Source: Eledone cirrhosa | Lineage: Eukaryota | Assembly: GCA_964016885.1 (NCBI GenBank) | Contig: OZ024745.1 | Span: 111,724,001-111,788,000, forward strand | Direction: 5' to 3' | DNA length: 64,000 bases | Shown: in pieces, positions 24,501 to 38,800 of the stretch | Layout of the letters: each line of letters begins with the position of its first letter | Position numbering within the stretch: position 1 is the first letter of the stretch | The notes under the pieces: generated by a model | The model's database searches: none | What the model was told of the DNA's origin: nothing | Seen by the model: the letters and a program-made list of their open reading frames with translations, nothing else | Translations under genes and position numbers: made by a program

Positions 24501-27500
24501 TATATATATATATATATAATCATCATTTTACATCCACTTTCCCTGCTAGCAAGGGTTGGATGGGTTTGCATAGACCAAGTCTGTATCCTACTTACATACA
24601 GCCATATATAATGAAGGATGGTATCCTGAAGGGGACCAGGAAATAACCACAGTTAAATAAGTTTATTAAATAGAAATGACTTCTACAGGACTAGAACTGT
24701 TCTTCATACAAATGAAACAATTATAGTTCTGCAGAAATCATTATATATATATAAATTGCAGGGCGATCGAAATTGATGGAAGTTACGGAGTAGGTAGACC
24801 CACAAAAACTTGGGACGATTTGATAAATTCCGACCTTACACACTTACACCTCTCTAAGACAATGTCACTGGACCGAGATCTTTGGCGTTATGCAGTAATA
24901 CAAGAAGACCCACCTTGCCTATATACATAGCGAAACCTACAGTCAGTAGGCACCTCTTAACCAAATATACACCCTCCCACTCCCACTAACACCACCCCCT
25001 CTCTGTAAAGTTATGTTGGTACCACAACATCCAGTCCTAAATAAATGACGTTGAGTAGGTGTCACAACCAAAAAACACACAGTACACGCTGTAATGTGGC
25101 CGTGTAGGTAACCCAGTAAAAACCTCCCAGTCCACACTGTAAATGTGGTTGGTGTTAGGAAGGGCATCCAACTGTAGAAAACCTGCCAGACAGTCCTATA
25201 TGAGCGAGACACGGTCTCCCGACCATTCTTGCCTCAAGTGGGACAATTCCCGTCTAAACCCATGCTAGCATGGAAGATAGACGTTAAACAATGATGATGA
25301 TGATGATGCTGATGATATATATTACGCAAGCGTAGAAAAACCTACGTAAAAACGTTGATGATGATGATTGAGTGATTCAGTAGATTTGTGGTTTGCTGGG
25401 GAAGGTACCAATATTAGCACTTTATGCTATAGTAGAGAGTGTACATTAAAAAGAACAAACCGAGGTTTCACATTGAGGTTTTTATTGATTAGGCTCAATT
25501 ACGAATGTTTCACAGATAAACCAGAATCTCGTCATGAGATGAGATTCTGGTTTTGCTTGATTAACATGTCTGATGAGCAGATTGGGGCTGGAGTCGGGTC
25601 TGTAACACAAATATGGATCCTGAGCCATCCATCTGTGAAACATTTGTAACTGAGCCGTATCAATAAAATGTGAAACCACATTTTACTCTTCTTATATATA
25701 TACTAGCCAAATTACCCACGCCTTGCTGCGTTTCACACATTTTTTTTGTAAGAAAATGATTGATTTTAAATCAGTGATATAATTTATGGAGAAAAACTCT
25801 GCATTTCAATATTACTCAATGTAAAGCATGAAAAATTGGAAAACATTTTTTGTAATATATCAAATCAAAATTACATTATTAAATCTTATTCTTATTTTGT
25901 TTCTTGTAAATAATTTTTTTCAAAATATCAATTCAAAACTTGATCATTTCATTTTTTTCTTGATTTACGTTTAATTAATAGATAAACCCCATGATAATAG
26001 AGGTTCCAATACTCAAGTTATGGGCTTCCAAAATTTTCACTATAGGGGGTCTAAGCCCCATTAGGGTGTCTTAATATTATTGAAATTTGTTGAAATTGTG
26101 TGATCATATCTTGTCATTTACCATATGGTTTAAATTCCATATAAATCGAAGGGAAAACATTTTCAGCAGGAGTTCGTGCCCCCGGGAAACCCTTTCATTA
26201 AAGTGAAATATCCAAGTACCCTGGGCAATGTGGTTTCAGAATATATATGGTTAGGGGGGGAGGGGGGTCTATCTCCAAAACCATAGGAGGAGTTTGTGAA
26301 TAAACAAACAAACAGACAGGAACTACAACTTTATATATATAGATATGTGTGTGTGATCATTGTTTCTTTATTTTTGCATGCTTACATGGGTTAGACAAGT
26401 TGTCACATTCTGTGGTTAAACTGGGCAGATGAATACATTTTACTCATACATTTTGATTTTGAATTAGTTTCTGTGGCTAGATGTCCTTCCTAATAAACAT
26501 GGAAAACAGATGTTAAATGATGTTGAGGATGATATATATATATATATATGTATGTGTGTCAGCTAGTCACTGAAAAATGGCATCTCTACAACATTTATAG
26601 TGCTAGTGGAACTAGTTCACATTGGGAAAAGTATTTGTTTGTTGAAAAAATATTTAAAGAATTTCTGTTTGTTGAAAAAATATCATTTGACTAGCATTCA
26701 AGATGTTTATCTCATAATTTTTCTGACATATTTACTAGTAGTTTATCCTGTATTTTCAACTACTTTTTAAGATGACAGGTTACTATTTGAGGAGAATTTG
26801 GCTGTAGATTGAGTGATTGCATAAAGGTTTTCTCATTGGTTTGTGTTGGTAGTAGTGTTATTTAACCCCATGTCTGTCCTGACCAAACAAATTCATTCCA
26901 GACAAGACCATATCATCTTATTTTTAAACAAAGTATATTTTGGACTATTTTATCTAATGTATCCTTCCTATTAAAGAAGACATTGGGAATGTCATTTCGA
27001 GGAAACTTTGGCTGCTATTTCTAACAAGGCGAGCGTAGAAGCTTCTTTATTTGGCTCCCTCTCAGTAATTTAGTTATGGGAGGAGTGGGTTATCCAAGAT
27101 GATGTGTGTACATTGAAGTCACCAAAGCTAGTGACTTCAAAGAGAAGTGGAGTGAGATAGTTGTCTTAAATGTATGATGAGAAATAATTGGACATCTGTT
27201 TTTATAGCTATAGGAATTTAACCCTTTAGCATTGTATTTTCGCGGTAAACATATCAAAATGTATGAGATTTTGATATTATTTATTTTGAGAACAATACCT
27301 TAACATAAGTATGAGCAGCCAGTTTGAGCAGAAAGCAGTGAGAGAATTCTGGCCGGATACAGCCAGTTTAAATGCTAAAGGGTTAAAGAGCATTAGACAA
27401 CAAATGAATTTAATTGTTTTGTTTTTTGTTTTTGTTTTCTCTTTATTAATTTTAACTCTTTATCTTTTAGTTGTGACAATTCAAGATTTTGCACGTAAGA

Positions 27501-28193
27501 TGGTTGGCAGTGATTCCCTGTCTGATGATCAATTAAAACAGATCAAAGAACAGCGAGAAGTAGGTTTTTTTCTTTTTTCCCATTTTAGATTGTAAATTAT
27601 GTAATTGCTGTTTGTACATCAGATTTCTTATATGTACTGTATGTTTTAAAATACAGCTTTTGTAAATGTTAAACAAAATCTGCTATATATTTTTGTGTTG
27701 ACAATTTTAGCTGTTAAGAGCTATTAACAAAGTTTTCATTCCTACTATTTGACTATTTAAATAGCCCTCAATAAAAAAAAAAGATACTCTGTCTTCAAGA
27801 TTTCATTATGAAACAAACTGCCAATATTGAATTCACACCTCAGGGAATTAGATTCAATTATTATCTAAATTTAATTATCTAAAATCGATTTGTAATTCTT
27901 ATTTGTATTTTATTATTGAGAAGGACTTTAAGTCTACCAAAGTATGTAATTTTCTCCTATCCTGTGTCATCTTATTTGTGAGTTTTAAATTTCTGTGGCC
28001 TTATTTATCACGCAAGAATTACAGTGCACTCTATGCCATCAATTGATATTCCCTCTCCATACACGTGCATGTGTCTGTGCATATATCATGACTCATACAC
28101 TGTTCACTTTCCTGACATTTGTACATTATTCTATGTACTATACATGCACCTTTGATGAGTTGTAGTGCACCTGAGCATTGTACACAATAATTT

Positions 28194-28237
<44 letters not shown>

Positions 28238-31200
28238 ACAAGGCGGTGGATTGGGAGTATCGGTAGAGGGTCGGACGCCATGCTTTCCAGCATAGTTACG
28301 TCCCTTTATGATCTGAGTTCAAATCCCGCCGAGGTTGACTTTGCCTTTCATCCTTACGGGGTCAATAAAATAAAGTACCAGTAATGCACTGGGTAATTGC
28401 TGGCCTTGTGCCTAAAGTAGAAACAATTATAACAAGTTATACATACTTTATACTTGTGAGAAAATCTTTTAGTTCTGTGAACAGTAGAATGTCTAGCAGC
28501 AGTTTACGTCAATGCCGAGCATATCTACATATCTATTTTAAAACCACTATCTCGTCCACGTGGTTCAGTTTAGTACATATGTAATATTAATAGCCATACC
28601 ATGCTCAAATTTTGTGCAGGTTAAAACTTTTTACTGTAAGTTCTAAAGTATCAATGCATCATGGCTTCACTGCATCCAACCCCATCACCTTTGATCATGT
28701 ATAATCTTAACAACATAACATGCATTCAACCCTATATGGCCTGCTACTGTCTGGTGAAATATGTAGCATAATTCCAAATAAAGCTGATATTTGGCATATC
28801 TAAGATTGCTTGTTATTGATTTGGCTACTTTTAGGTTTGTTTGAGTAGATCTGATTGGACCTATTCCAACCGCTGTCCTTATTATCAACTAATGCCCTTT
28901 ATAGTTAGTCATTTCCTCATCTAAGCAGTGCCAAACCTTCTCTTTCATAGAGAAACTCTCTGTCAGCAATGAAAACAATAATTTTCTAAACTTACTCTTA
29001 CTATACTATACACTTATGCTATTATACTAATTTAGTTGACTTGGTATCAGACATAATTGGATTCCTTTCTTGAGACTTTCATTATTTCCCTATTCGGAAT
29101 TAAGCTATTTTGATTCTAACTGCAAAGCTAGGTTTAACCCTTCAGCATTTAAACTGGCCATATCTGGTCAGAATTCTATCACCTCTTTCTGTTCAAACTG
29201 GTTGTAACCGACTGCTTATACTGATGTTAAGATATTGTTCTCAAAATAAATAATATCAAAATCTCATAGATTCGATGTTATGTGAGGTAAAGCCTTTAAC
29301 ATGAAAATATAATAGTAAATATAGAGTAATGTAAAGGGTTACCCTGACCTGATAATTTCTAGATCTCTTCTCCAAAACCTTGTCAATGTTTTAAACATTT
29401 TCTGCCATTCTTAGATTTTGTTTGTTTTGTTGGGTTTTTTTTGCAACAAAAACTGATTATTTAAATATATAGGTTTCTAAGTTTCTTTATAAGGGGTTCA
29501 AATAATTTTAGGGACATTTACAGAAATGAGATAGTTAAAGATACCTATTTTAGTCTTTAAAATTTCCAATAGCTATATTGCCATTCATGACTTTATTTTA
29601 TCTCCATTACCATCCTCATGTATGAATAACTTTCACCAAGACCACAGAATGTAAAATCTTTTAGGTCTTGTCTTGTGGTCAGCAAATGTAATATTAAGGT
29701 GCTTGATGTATTCCAGGAACTTGCAACTGTCACAGATATATTTGTAGTTTTGTATCTTGATACAAAACTAGAGACGACATTGAATAATGTAGTCCTTGAT
29801 ACACTGCACCAAGAAATATGATGTGGTGATAATGGTTGGAATGTCTATAGTTTTAGATCTGTTTGATCAGGGCTGACTTACACTGATCAACAGCAAAAAT
29901 CACTACCTATTTATTGGATTTTTTCTAACTTTTACCACAAACTAAAACTTTCTTCTCTGTGTGTATCCATCTTGTCTGTGGAATTTAATTAAGCAAGTGA
30001 TTAGTGTTACTCCTAACCAGTTTGATGCTTTTTTTTTTTTATGTCTCTGAAAGATTATCTACTTGTTGCCTTGCTAAATAGTTTCAAAGCCCCTGTTGAT
30101 AAATTATGAATACGTAGTAAGAGTTGTTTGTCTAGTTCACATGCAGATAATATATGTGTGAAGAAAGTTAAAAATTGAATGTTGGGATCACCTAAACTTC
30201 AGTGTGTGGGAATAGGTTAACAATAATGACTATAAGTCTTACATGAACTCCAGTGGAATGGAGTACTGCAAATGATAAGTATGTTTGAAAACTCAGCTGG
30301 TGTCAAGGGCAACAACTTTTGATTTTATCGATCTTTGATGTGTGAGGAAATAAGTCTCTTATAGCTTTGGTTGTACGGAGACCACAATGATAGTTACTGA
30401 GTAGAAAGAAGAGCCCAGTATGATAAAAGCATTGATTAACTCCAGCTCAGCTCTTATTGAACAGACCTTCGATTAAAGGTGTTTCAGACGTGATTATTCT
30501 GTTTAGTTGGCATCAGCAGCTGCCCCAAGCGACTCTGGTCTCTTCCCCTGCCCCCACTGTCCCTGGAGCTGCAAATCAAGGATCGGCCTCCACAGCCACC
30601 TTCGTGCCCACGGCAGACGGGAACAACAATAAAGAAGATGTCATCTTCGTTTACGATGGACAACCAAGAAGATTCTGTTTAGTATTTTTTAACAGTGTAC
30701 ATCATTTAATTTCTCAAGATGGATGGGTATGGTTGGTGTGTGATTGGAGTGAGATTTAATAACTATTTCCAGCAAGTGAAGTGACCATTTAGAGGCTTCT
30801 TCATTGGTCTTCTTCACCCACTTATTCCCGGCGACAGGGGTCGTATGGGCATAGTACATTTTTCTACTTTATGATATAATCTATAACAGTTAAATTTGGT
30901 GCTTTTAAAGCAGTTTCTTTGTTATTTTGTCTAGATGATCTTCACTAACTGTCTCATCTCTTTATGTAATTAATCCCTAGCTGCTAACTATCCAAAGGAG
31001 TATATATTCAAGTTCTTTTCTACTCGGCCTTCACTATGAAGGCGCATGGCTTAGTGGTTAGAGAAGGAATTGGATTCCTGAATGTGAGGTACATGTTTGA
31101 TTCCTGGACCAGGCAATGTTTAATGTCCTTGAGCAAGATACTTTATTTCATGTTGTTCTTTCTGTCAGGGGTTGTGACCAGTAGATAGTATCAGCAATGG

Positions 31201-34200
31201 AAAGACCAATGGAAACATTGTTTCTTTGGTTCCATCTAATGAGTTCCACTCCACTTGGTAAGCGAATGAGGTCTGAGATTTTGTTGATCAATTTTTTTCC
31301 TGTTTTTTCTTTGCACTGAGCAATTTTACTGAAGCATGTCTCAATCTCAATATTATCTACATTATGAAGTGTCTTCTGTCTCAGTTGAACTACCTTTACT
31401 TTTCCTTTCATTGATGCTAGTCAATCTGGTTAATTGATATAAAGAACAATGATCTGATTACTTTATAGAAATTAACATTTACTAACACCCCTCTTATTAA
31501 CATGAGGCATGCCAAATTAGTTTCTCTAGCTAGTAGTACTGGTTGACCATTGTATATGCTAGGTTTGGTCTAAGTTATAAAGTTAAATATCATTCATGAT
31601 AGCAACGGTAAGTGAATTGTATGTGTGGATCGTGTGCCAGCAAAGCTGGAAGCTCAGATTTTTACACGTGATAAATCAATTTTATTTTTGACAGACCATT
31701 TTCCAAGGTACTTTGAATACCTACCACTAGAGTTAAAGTGTCACATTGTTTAATTCCACTCTTGCATAAAAAAAAAAGCAAAAGAAAACGAGGGGTGAGG
31801 GCTTTTATGTTGTTAGTCAACCTTCTAGAAATAACAGCCAAACTTTCCCATATCCTAATTTATTGTCTTATAATAGAAACGAGGCATTGAAGAATTTAAT
31901 CCTAGATAAACTATGAGTCTGCTAGTCTGTTGCTCAATAAGGTCTAATGTAGCAACCTCTATGTGGTTGCATGTCCTGTCACAACAGCTTCATATGATAG
32001 TATAAGTCCCAACATAATATTATTGAATGTGCAGTAAATGCCCAAAGATTTATCTTTGGAAGCTGGTGAGAAATAAAATAAGTATCTAAGTTTTGATTGC
32101 TTCAGATAAGCTTAGGGTAAATAGTTTTGACATATTTTGTTGAAAGAGGTTCGCGATTTTAACTTTTGTCTTGTGTTTAATTTAATGCCTGTCATCTGTC
32201 AGTTAGTTTGATGTGGTTATGAAATTATTATTTTTTGGTGGGGGAAGGGTGTAAGCAGCTTCATATAAGTTATTTCCTTGTTTATTTGAATAGGTTTTTA
32301 AGAGGAAGGTGTTGTTAGAGGTGAACAAAAAAACCATATCCTAGTCGATTGGTTAGTCATAAAAACAATTGTTCTAACAGCTAAGCCATCTCACATATGT
32401 AGACGGAAAAAATAGATGAAAACGTGACTTTGTAGCTAATCATAAGATTATTTTTCAATTTATCTTATCGTTTTTCCACATTTGCATGGGTTGGACGGGT
32501 CCTTTTCAGCACAGTACCTCTCCACTCATTACATACCTTTGTCATCTCCTCTGTAATTCGAGATCAGCTCTCACCACCTCTGATCATATCTTCCTTTGTC
32601 TACCTCAGCTGCAGCTTCTTTTCACTGGGATTTCCTGGCCCATCTTCACCCAGCAATTATAATCCTTATATTAGATAATTGGTGTTGTTAATTCAAAGAT
32701 ACTTGTGTATTAATATATTTTACCACCTGAAACAAATATATTTTTATGAAATTTTGTATAAGCTATAAAGTTTTAGGATTTATTATTTTAAGTGGTCATT
32801 AATTATATTACAGGCATATTCTATTATAAACCATTATAGGATGTTTAGAGTTAAATTATATTAAAAAATAAGTTCAAACATGGGAATTTGGGTGAGTGAA
32901 GAAGATTGATGCAGTTTGTTTCATTTTCATGCAATAAATTTTAGTGATATTCAATTAGACGACTGTTAAGTGACCTTGCAGACAATGAGTGTTCATGGTC
33001 AAAAGGGTCGTTGACCTACATCATCTTCCATAGTTGACAGTGCCTCCATGGGAGTGGTTATGTCAAGGGGTTTAATATTGAACCCTGATATACACTATCA
33101 CATCAAAATCAGATCCAAATATGTGTCTTATAGGAATACAAAAACATATAACTATATACATTGTTTTTACAATTTTTACCCATCGCTCATATGGCCAATC
33201 TTGTCAAAATCTACCACAGAACATTTTAATGGGAAGTGAATGCTTTAGTAATGTTTTTAGTTTGTTTGTTTGTTTATTTTGATTTTTTTTTTTAAATGAA
33301 GCTTCCTTAAAAATTTACAAAAATTACCTTTATTAGTTATCATGAATTTTTTATTGTACTTAAAATTGTTAGCTGTTCTATCAACTTTTAGCTTAACATG
33401 ATGTATGAGCTAATTCTAGCTCAGAAGAAAGCCAAAGAAGCAGCCTTGATGGCTGAGGCAGCTGGTATTGCTTTAAACCCTATATATGAATATGATTCAG
33501 ACGAGGATGTAGAAGGTGGTACTTGGGAACATAAAAAGAGAATGGCTGAGATGAATGCCACCAGAGGTAAGAATGGACATTTATATTTTCTGTGTGCAAA
33601 AGAAATAGTACAAAAATTACATTTTTTTTTCTCTTCACATTTTTATACAAGGTTTGTTAAAAAAAGTATCTGACTTTATTTTTTGGGGGCTTATGGGAAG
33701 TTAAGGAAACAAAAGTAGCCAGTGGAGCTGCATATATTCATGCATCTGTATGATTAATTGTTTAATGAGCTTGTAGAATACTTCAGTTGCTCTCAGGCAG
33801 CCAATGTGTGAGTATACTTACTCGGTACATTTTCATTTTGTCCAGTACTGCCACCAATTATCCTGAATGCCGTGAATGAGATGTGGGTGTATGAGTTCAA
33901 CTGAGGCATTGTGCATCACATGTGCACCAGCAAGATGAACAGTTACCCCTCTAATCAGGAATTCCTCCAACATCTTAGCAATGTTGTTGAGCACAAGAGA
34001 CCAAATCTGTGGGCCTTGCAAAAACTATCAGCCCTATCATGACAATGCCTCATCTCATGTGTTGCAACTGATCTAAATTTGGCAAAGGAAGACATTTTGC
34101 TGACTTGCTAGGCTTCCTATTCTCCAGACATGGCTCCTTTTGAATTATAGTTGTTCTCCAAAATGAAGGTGCCACTGAAAGGCTCCCACTTTGAGAGCTG

Positions 34201-35802
34201 AGAAGCATGGAAGATGGGATTCTCCTAGTTTTTTGCTATTGGAGGATTAGTTCTACCCTATCCAGTCTAAGCCTCACTGGTTATGAGTATCTTTTAGTTC
34301 CTAAAATAAAACCCATTTCTATCACTGCATAAATCTGATTTAATTTATGGTGTAAGGTGGAAAATTGGCAGTCATTAGAACATCAGATAGAATGGTTTGA
34401 GGTATTTATTCCAGCTCCCTAGTCAACTTTGCCTTTCATCCTTTCAAGGTCGATAAATTAATGAAATCAACTGAATAAGGATGAGATCAACCCGGTTTAA
34501 ATTCTTTGATTTTTACTATAGAATTAAAATTTAAACTTATTGATGATAACTTAGATTTGAACTATGAATACATGTTTATACTTAGATAAAGTATCATCAT
34601 CATTACTGCTTTGTGTCTATTTTTGCATGCTTGCATGGGTTGGACGGGTCCTTTCCAGCATCTCTCCACTTGTAGTCATTTGTCAACCTGGCTGTAAAAT
34701 TTGGTGATTTGAGATCAGCTTTGACAACCTATGCACAGGTTTTCCTTCTCCCACAACACCCATCCACTGGGATTTCTTCACCCAATGTTCATCATCCATA
34801 CATTATTACAAGGTCATATCAACACATTCTTATTTCTCAGCTCATCTATGCTTTGCCTTTCAAAGCATGCTTACTCCATTTCTCTCCAGCCTTCACACAT
34901 CTCTGCAGTGGTTCAGATATAAATACAATACAAAAGATGTTCTTTATTTTGTCCCTTTTATTCTTTGTATCACTGGCTTTTTCTTGAACCATTTCATTAC
35001 AATATTTCTAATGAAAGACCCCACCTATAATTTTCAAAGAATTTTTAAAATCGACAATTAGTAATATGATAAATATTTTCATTAGTGGATTGGCAGTATC
35101 GGTAGAGGGTCGGACGCCATGCTTTGCAGCATATAGTTACGGCCCTTTATGGTCTGAGTTCAAATCCCACCAAGGTTAACTTTGTCTTTCATCCTTACGG
35201 GGTCGATAAAATAAAGTACCAGTAATGCACTGGGTAATTGCTGGCCTTGTGCCAAAAGTAGAAACAATTATTAACATGATGTTTAGAGCATAACTTTAAA
35301 AAGGTTCTTAAATAAAATTACGATGGAATACAATTATTAGGGGTTTTAGCATTTAAACTGGCCATATCCGGCCAGAATTGTCTTACCCCTTTCTGTTCAA
35401 ACCAGCTGTTCATACTTATGTTAAGGTGTTGTTCTCAAAATAAATAATATCAAAATCTCATAGATTCAATATTATGTGAGGTAAAGCCTTTATTGTGAAA
35501 ATATAATAGTAAATATAGAGTAATGTAAAAAATAAACAGCTTTGTAACATAGAACCAGTAGTTTAGAATTATGTTTCATAAATTTGGAATCTTGTCATTT
35601 CATTGTGCCTTGAAAACTTTCCTTTTCAGAGTGGGCTGAACAGTTGACAGAAATGAATAAAGGCAAACATTTTATTGGTGATTTTTTGCCTCCTGATGAA
35701 TTAGAAAAATTCATGGAAACCTACAATGTGAGTAATAGCTTTTTTGGTCTTTTCCTTTCCATTCCAGCTTGCCAGTCACACAGTGCAAGCTGTATGTAAA
35801 AC

Positions 35803-35853
<51 letters not shown>

Positions 35854-38800
35854 GCCCTTGCAAGCAGGGAAAAGCGGACGTAAAATGATGATGATGATGA
35901 TGATGATGATATATATATAGTAGAAAAAACACAAACAAAACACAGGAGGCAATTGTACAGTTATATTAGGTTCATGCTATATATATATATATATAAACAG
36001 AGAGGATGTGGTAAGATAGTAGGTGAACCATAACGCACCATAGTACTCAATACTTAGGAAAATAGTCAGGACCCCGACGGCTGAGCTCCAGCCGTTTCGA
36101 CAGCTAGATCCGAACTAAGCTCTTAGTTCGGATCTAGCTGTTGAAATGGCTGGAGCTCAGCCATCGGGGTCCCGATTCTTTTCTTATATATATATAGAGA
36201 GGGAGGCGGGGATAAAAACTCGACCGCGATGTCTAGCAGTTTCGGCTTATATTCAGCACAAGCTTAAACCACTACTTTTAGTGTTCCTTAATATGTCACT
36301 ATTAAGTTAAAAGCTTTGTTCAACCCTCATCATCATCGTTTAACGTCTATCTTCCACACTAGCATGGGTTTACACAGGAGTTGTCCTACTTGAGGCAAGA
36401 ATGGTCGGGTGACCATGTCTCGCTTGTATAGGACTGTCTGGCAGGTTTTCTACGGCTGGATGCCCTTCCTAACACCAACCACGTTTACAGTGTGGAATGG
36501 GAGGTTTTTACCGTGTTACCTACACGGCCACATTACAGCGTGGACTGTGTGTTTTTTTTGTCGTGACACCTACACGACCTCATTTATTTTGGACTGGATG
36601 TTGTGGTACCAACATAACTTTACAGAGAAAGGGTAGTGTTGGTGGGGGTGGGGGGTTGGGTGGAGTAGGGGTAGAAGGATAGGGTATATATTTGGTTTAC
36701 AGGTGCCTACTGATTGTAGGTTTCGGTTTGTACATAGGCAAGGTGGGTCTTCTGTATTACTGCGTAGCGCCAAAAATCTCGGTCCAGTGACATTGTCTTA
36801 GAGAGGTGCAAGTGTGCAAGGTCGGAATTTATCAAATCGTCCCATGTTTTTCTGGGTCTACCTACTCCGTAACTTCCATCAATTTTGATCGCCCTGCACT
36901 TTTTTTACAACTGTCGTTGTTCATGCGCATCACGTGACCATACCAACGAAGTCTTCTCTCGCGTAAACAGCATTTGATCCCTCTTATACCTAATTTCTCA
37001 CTTAGTTCATTTATACTTTGCCTTTTGCGTATATTACTATTATACATCCAACGGAGCATGGATGCTTCGTTCCTCTCCAGTCTGCGCAGATCCTCAGCAC
37101 ACAAAGCCTATGTCTCACTACCATGTAACATTGCTGTTCGTATACAGGCATCAAATAATCTGCCTTTCATTTTTAGAGAGAAACCTTTAGTGGCCAATAG
37201 TGGTATTAGCTCATTGAACTTTTTCCATCCCGTTCTGACTCTGGCTACTGTACTTTCAGAGCACCCTCCAACACTGATGATTTTGTCACCTAGGTAACGG
37301 AAGGTGTCCACTATTTCTATAGAACCATCTGGGCAATAGAAGGAGCTAGTATCCTGTGGGCACTTGCTACTTATTGCACCTGAGCATCGGCCACATATAA
37401 AATCTACGTTCTTAGTTTACCTGCGATCCCACTACATCTTTTATGTACCCATAATTTGCATTTGGGACATAAAATGGAATCTCTGCCTACACATTGAGCA
37501 TGGCCATTTTCCATCTACGTTCTTAGATAGCTTACCTGTGATTCCACTACATCTTTTATGTAGTCTTCGACAAGTTAACTTTAAGGCCTTTTGTTTCTAG
37601 GCCATGCTTCCATATTTGGAATATCTTCTCTAGTTCAACCATCGATTCAGCTATGAGAGTTAGCTCATGTGCGTATAGAAGTTCCAATGGGCAGCCGATC
37701 TTGAACTCCTCTGTTATTGGCTGAAGGAAGGGGCTAAGGACAGAGCCTTGATGAACACCAACTTTTACGCTAAATTCTTCACTATATTCGTTGTTAATTC
37801 TAACCTTGCTGACTGTTTCTTTATACATGGCTTGTATAGTTCTCACAAGCCATTCATCAACACCTAGTTTTCTAAGAGCCCACCACACAATGGAGTGTGG
37901 TACTCTGTTAAAGGCTTTCTCCAAGTCAACAAAAGCTAAGTATAGGGGTTTACTTTTAGCTAGGTACTTCTCCTGTAGTTGTCGTACAAGGAAAAGAGCG
38001 TCCGTGGTACTTTTACCTGACTCAAACCCAAACTGCATTTCATCTAGATCAATTCGTTCTCTGATTAGTTGCGCTATAAATCTTTCTGTGACCTTCATGA
38101 CCTGGTCAACCAATTTATTGCCTCTATAGTTTCCCCTATATAGGGCATCTCCTTTACCCTTGTAGCAGTTAATGATGATGCTGCTACGCCAGTCATTTGG
38201 TATGACCCCATTCTCTATGACTTGGTTTACTGTCCGGGTGACCATAGTGTGTCCCACCATCCCAGCAACTATCTCAGAAAGCCCAGTTGCCTTGCCTGTC
38301 TTCATATCTTTGATTGTCTTACTTATTATATACTACCTTCAACTAGCACTGCTGGTCCCTCTATTGGATTGATTTGGAGCAAACTCTCTTTTTCCCATTT
38401 ATTCTCCTCATTTAGTAGTCTCTCGTCCAAGCTACCTTCTTATCAGCATCAATGATGGCACGTATACCATCATCACTATGGACACACTTCTCCCCGACAA
38501 TATCACGGTTTTCCATGACACATTGTCTTGCAATCCTGAACACCTCACAATTTTGGTCCTCGCGTTGTAGAACATGCTTAAACTTTCTTTCCTCTGCTTT
38601 CATTCTTGCAAAGTACACTTGTCTCCTAGCTTCTCTCATATATTTAAAATCCTTCATTTGATATTATTTACAGGCACTAAAAGAAGGACGAGAACCGGAT
38701 CTTTCTGACTACAAAGAATTTAAGCTGACCTGTGAGAATATTGGTTACCAAATGCTGCAACGATTAGGCTGGCAAGAAGGCGAAGGTCTTGGCTCTGAAA

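Noticed and set aside
36215-36262. Hammerhead-like CTGAATA...CGAAAC on the minus strand
   Set aside because: Core deviates from CUGANGA and stems I-III cannot be formed convincingly
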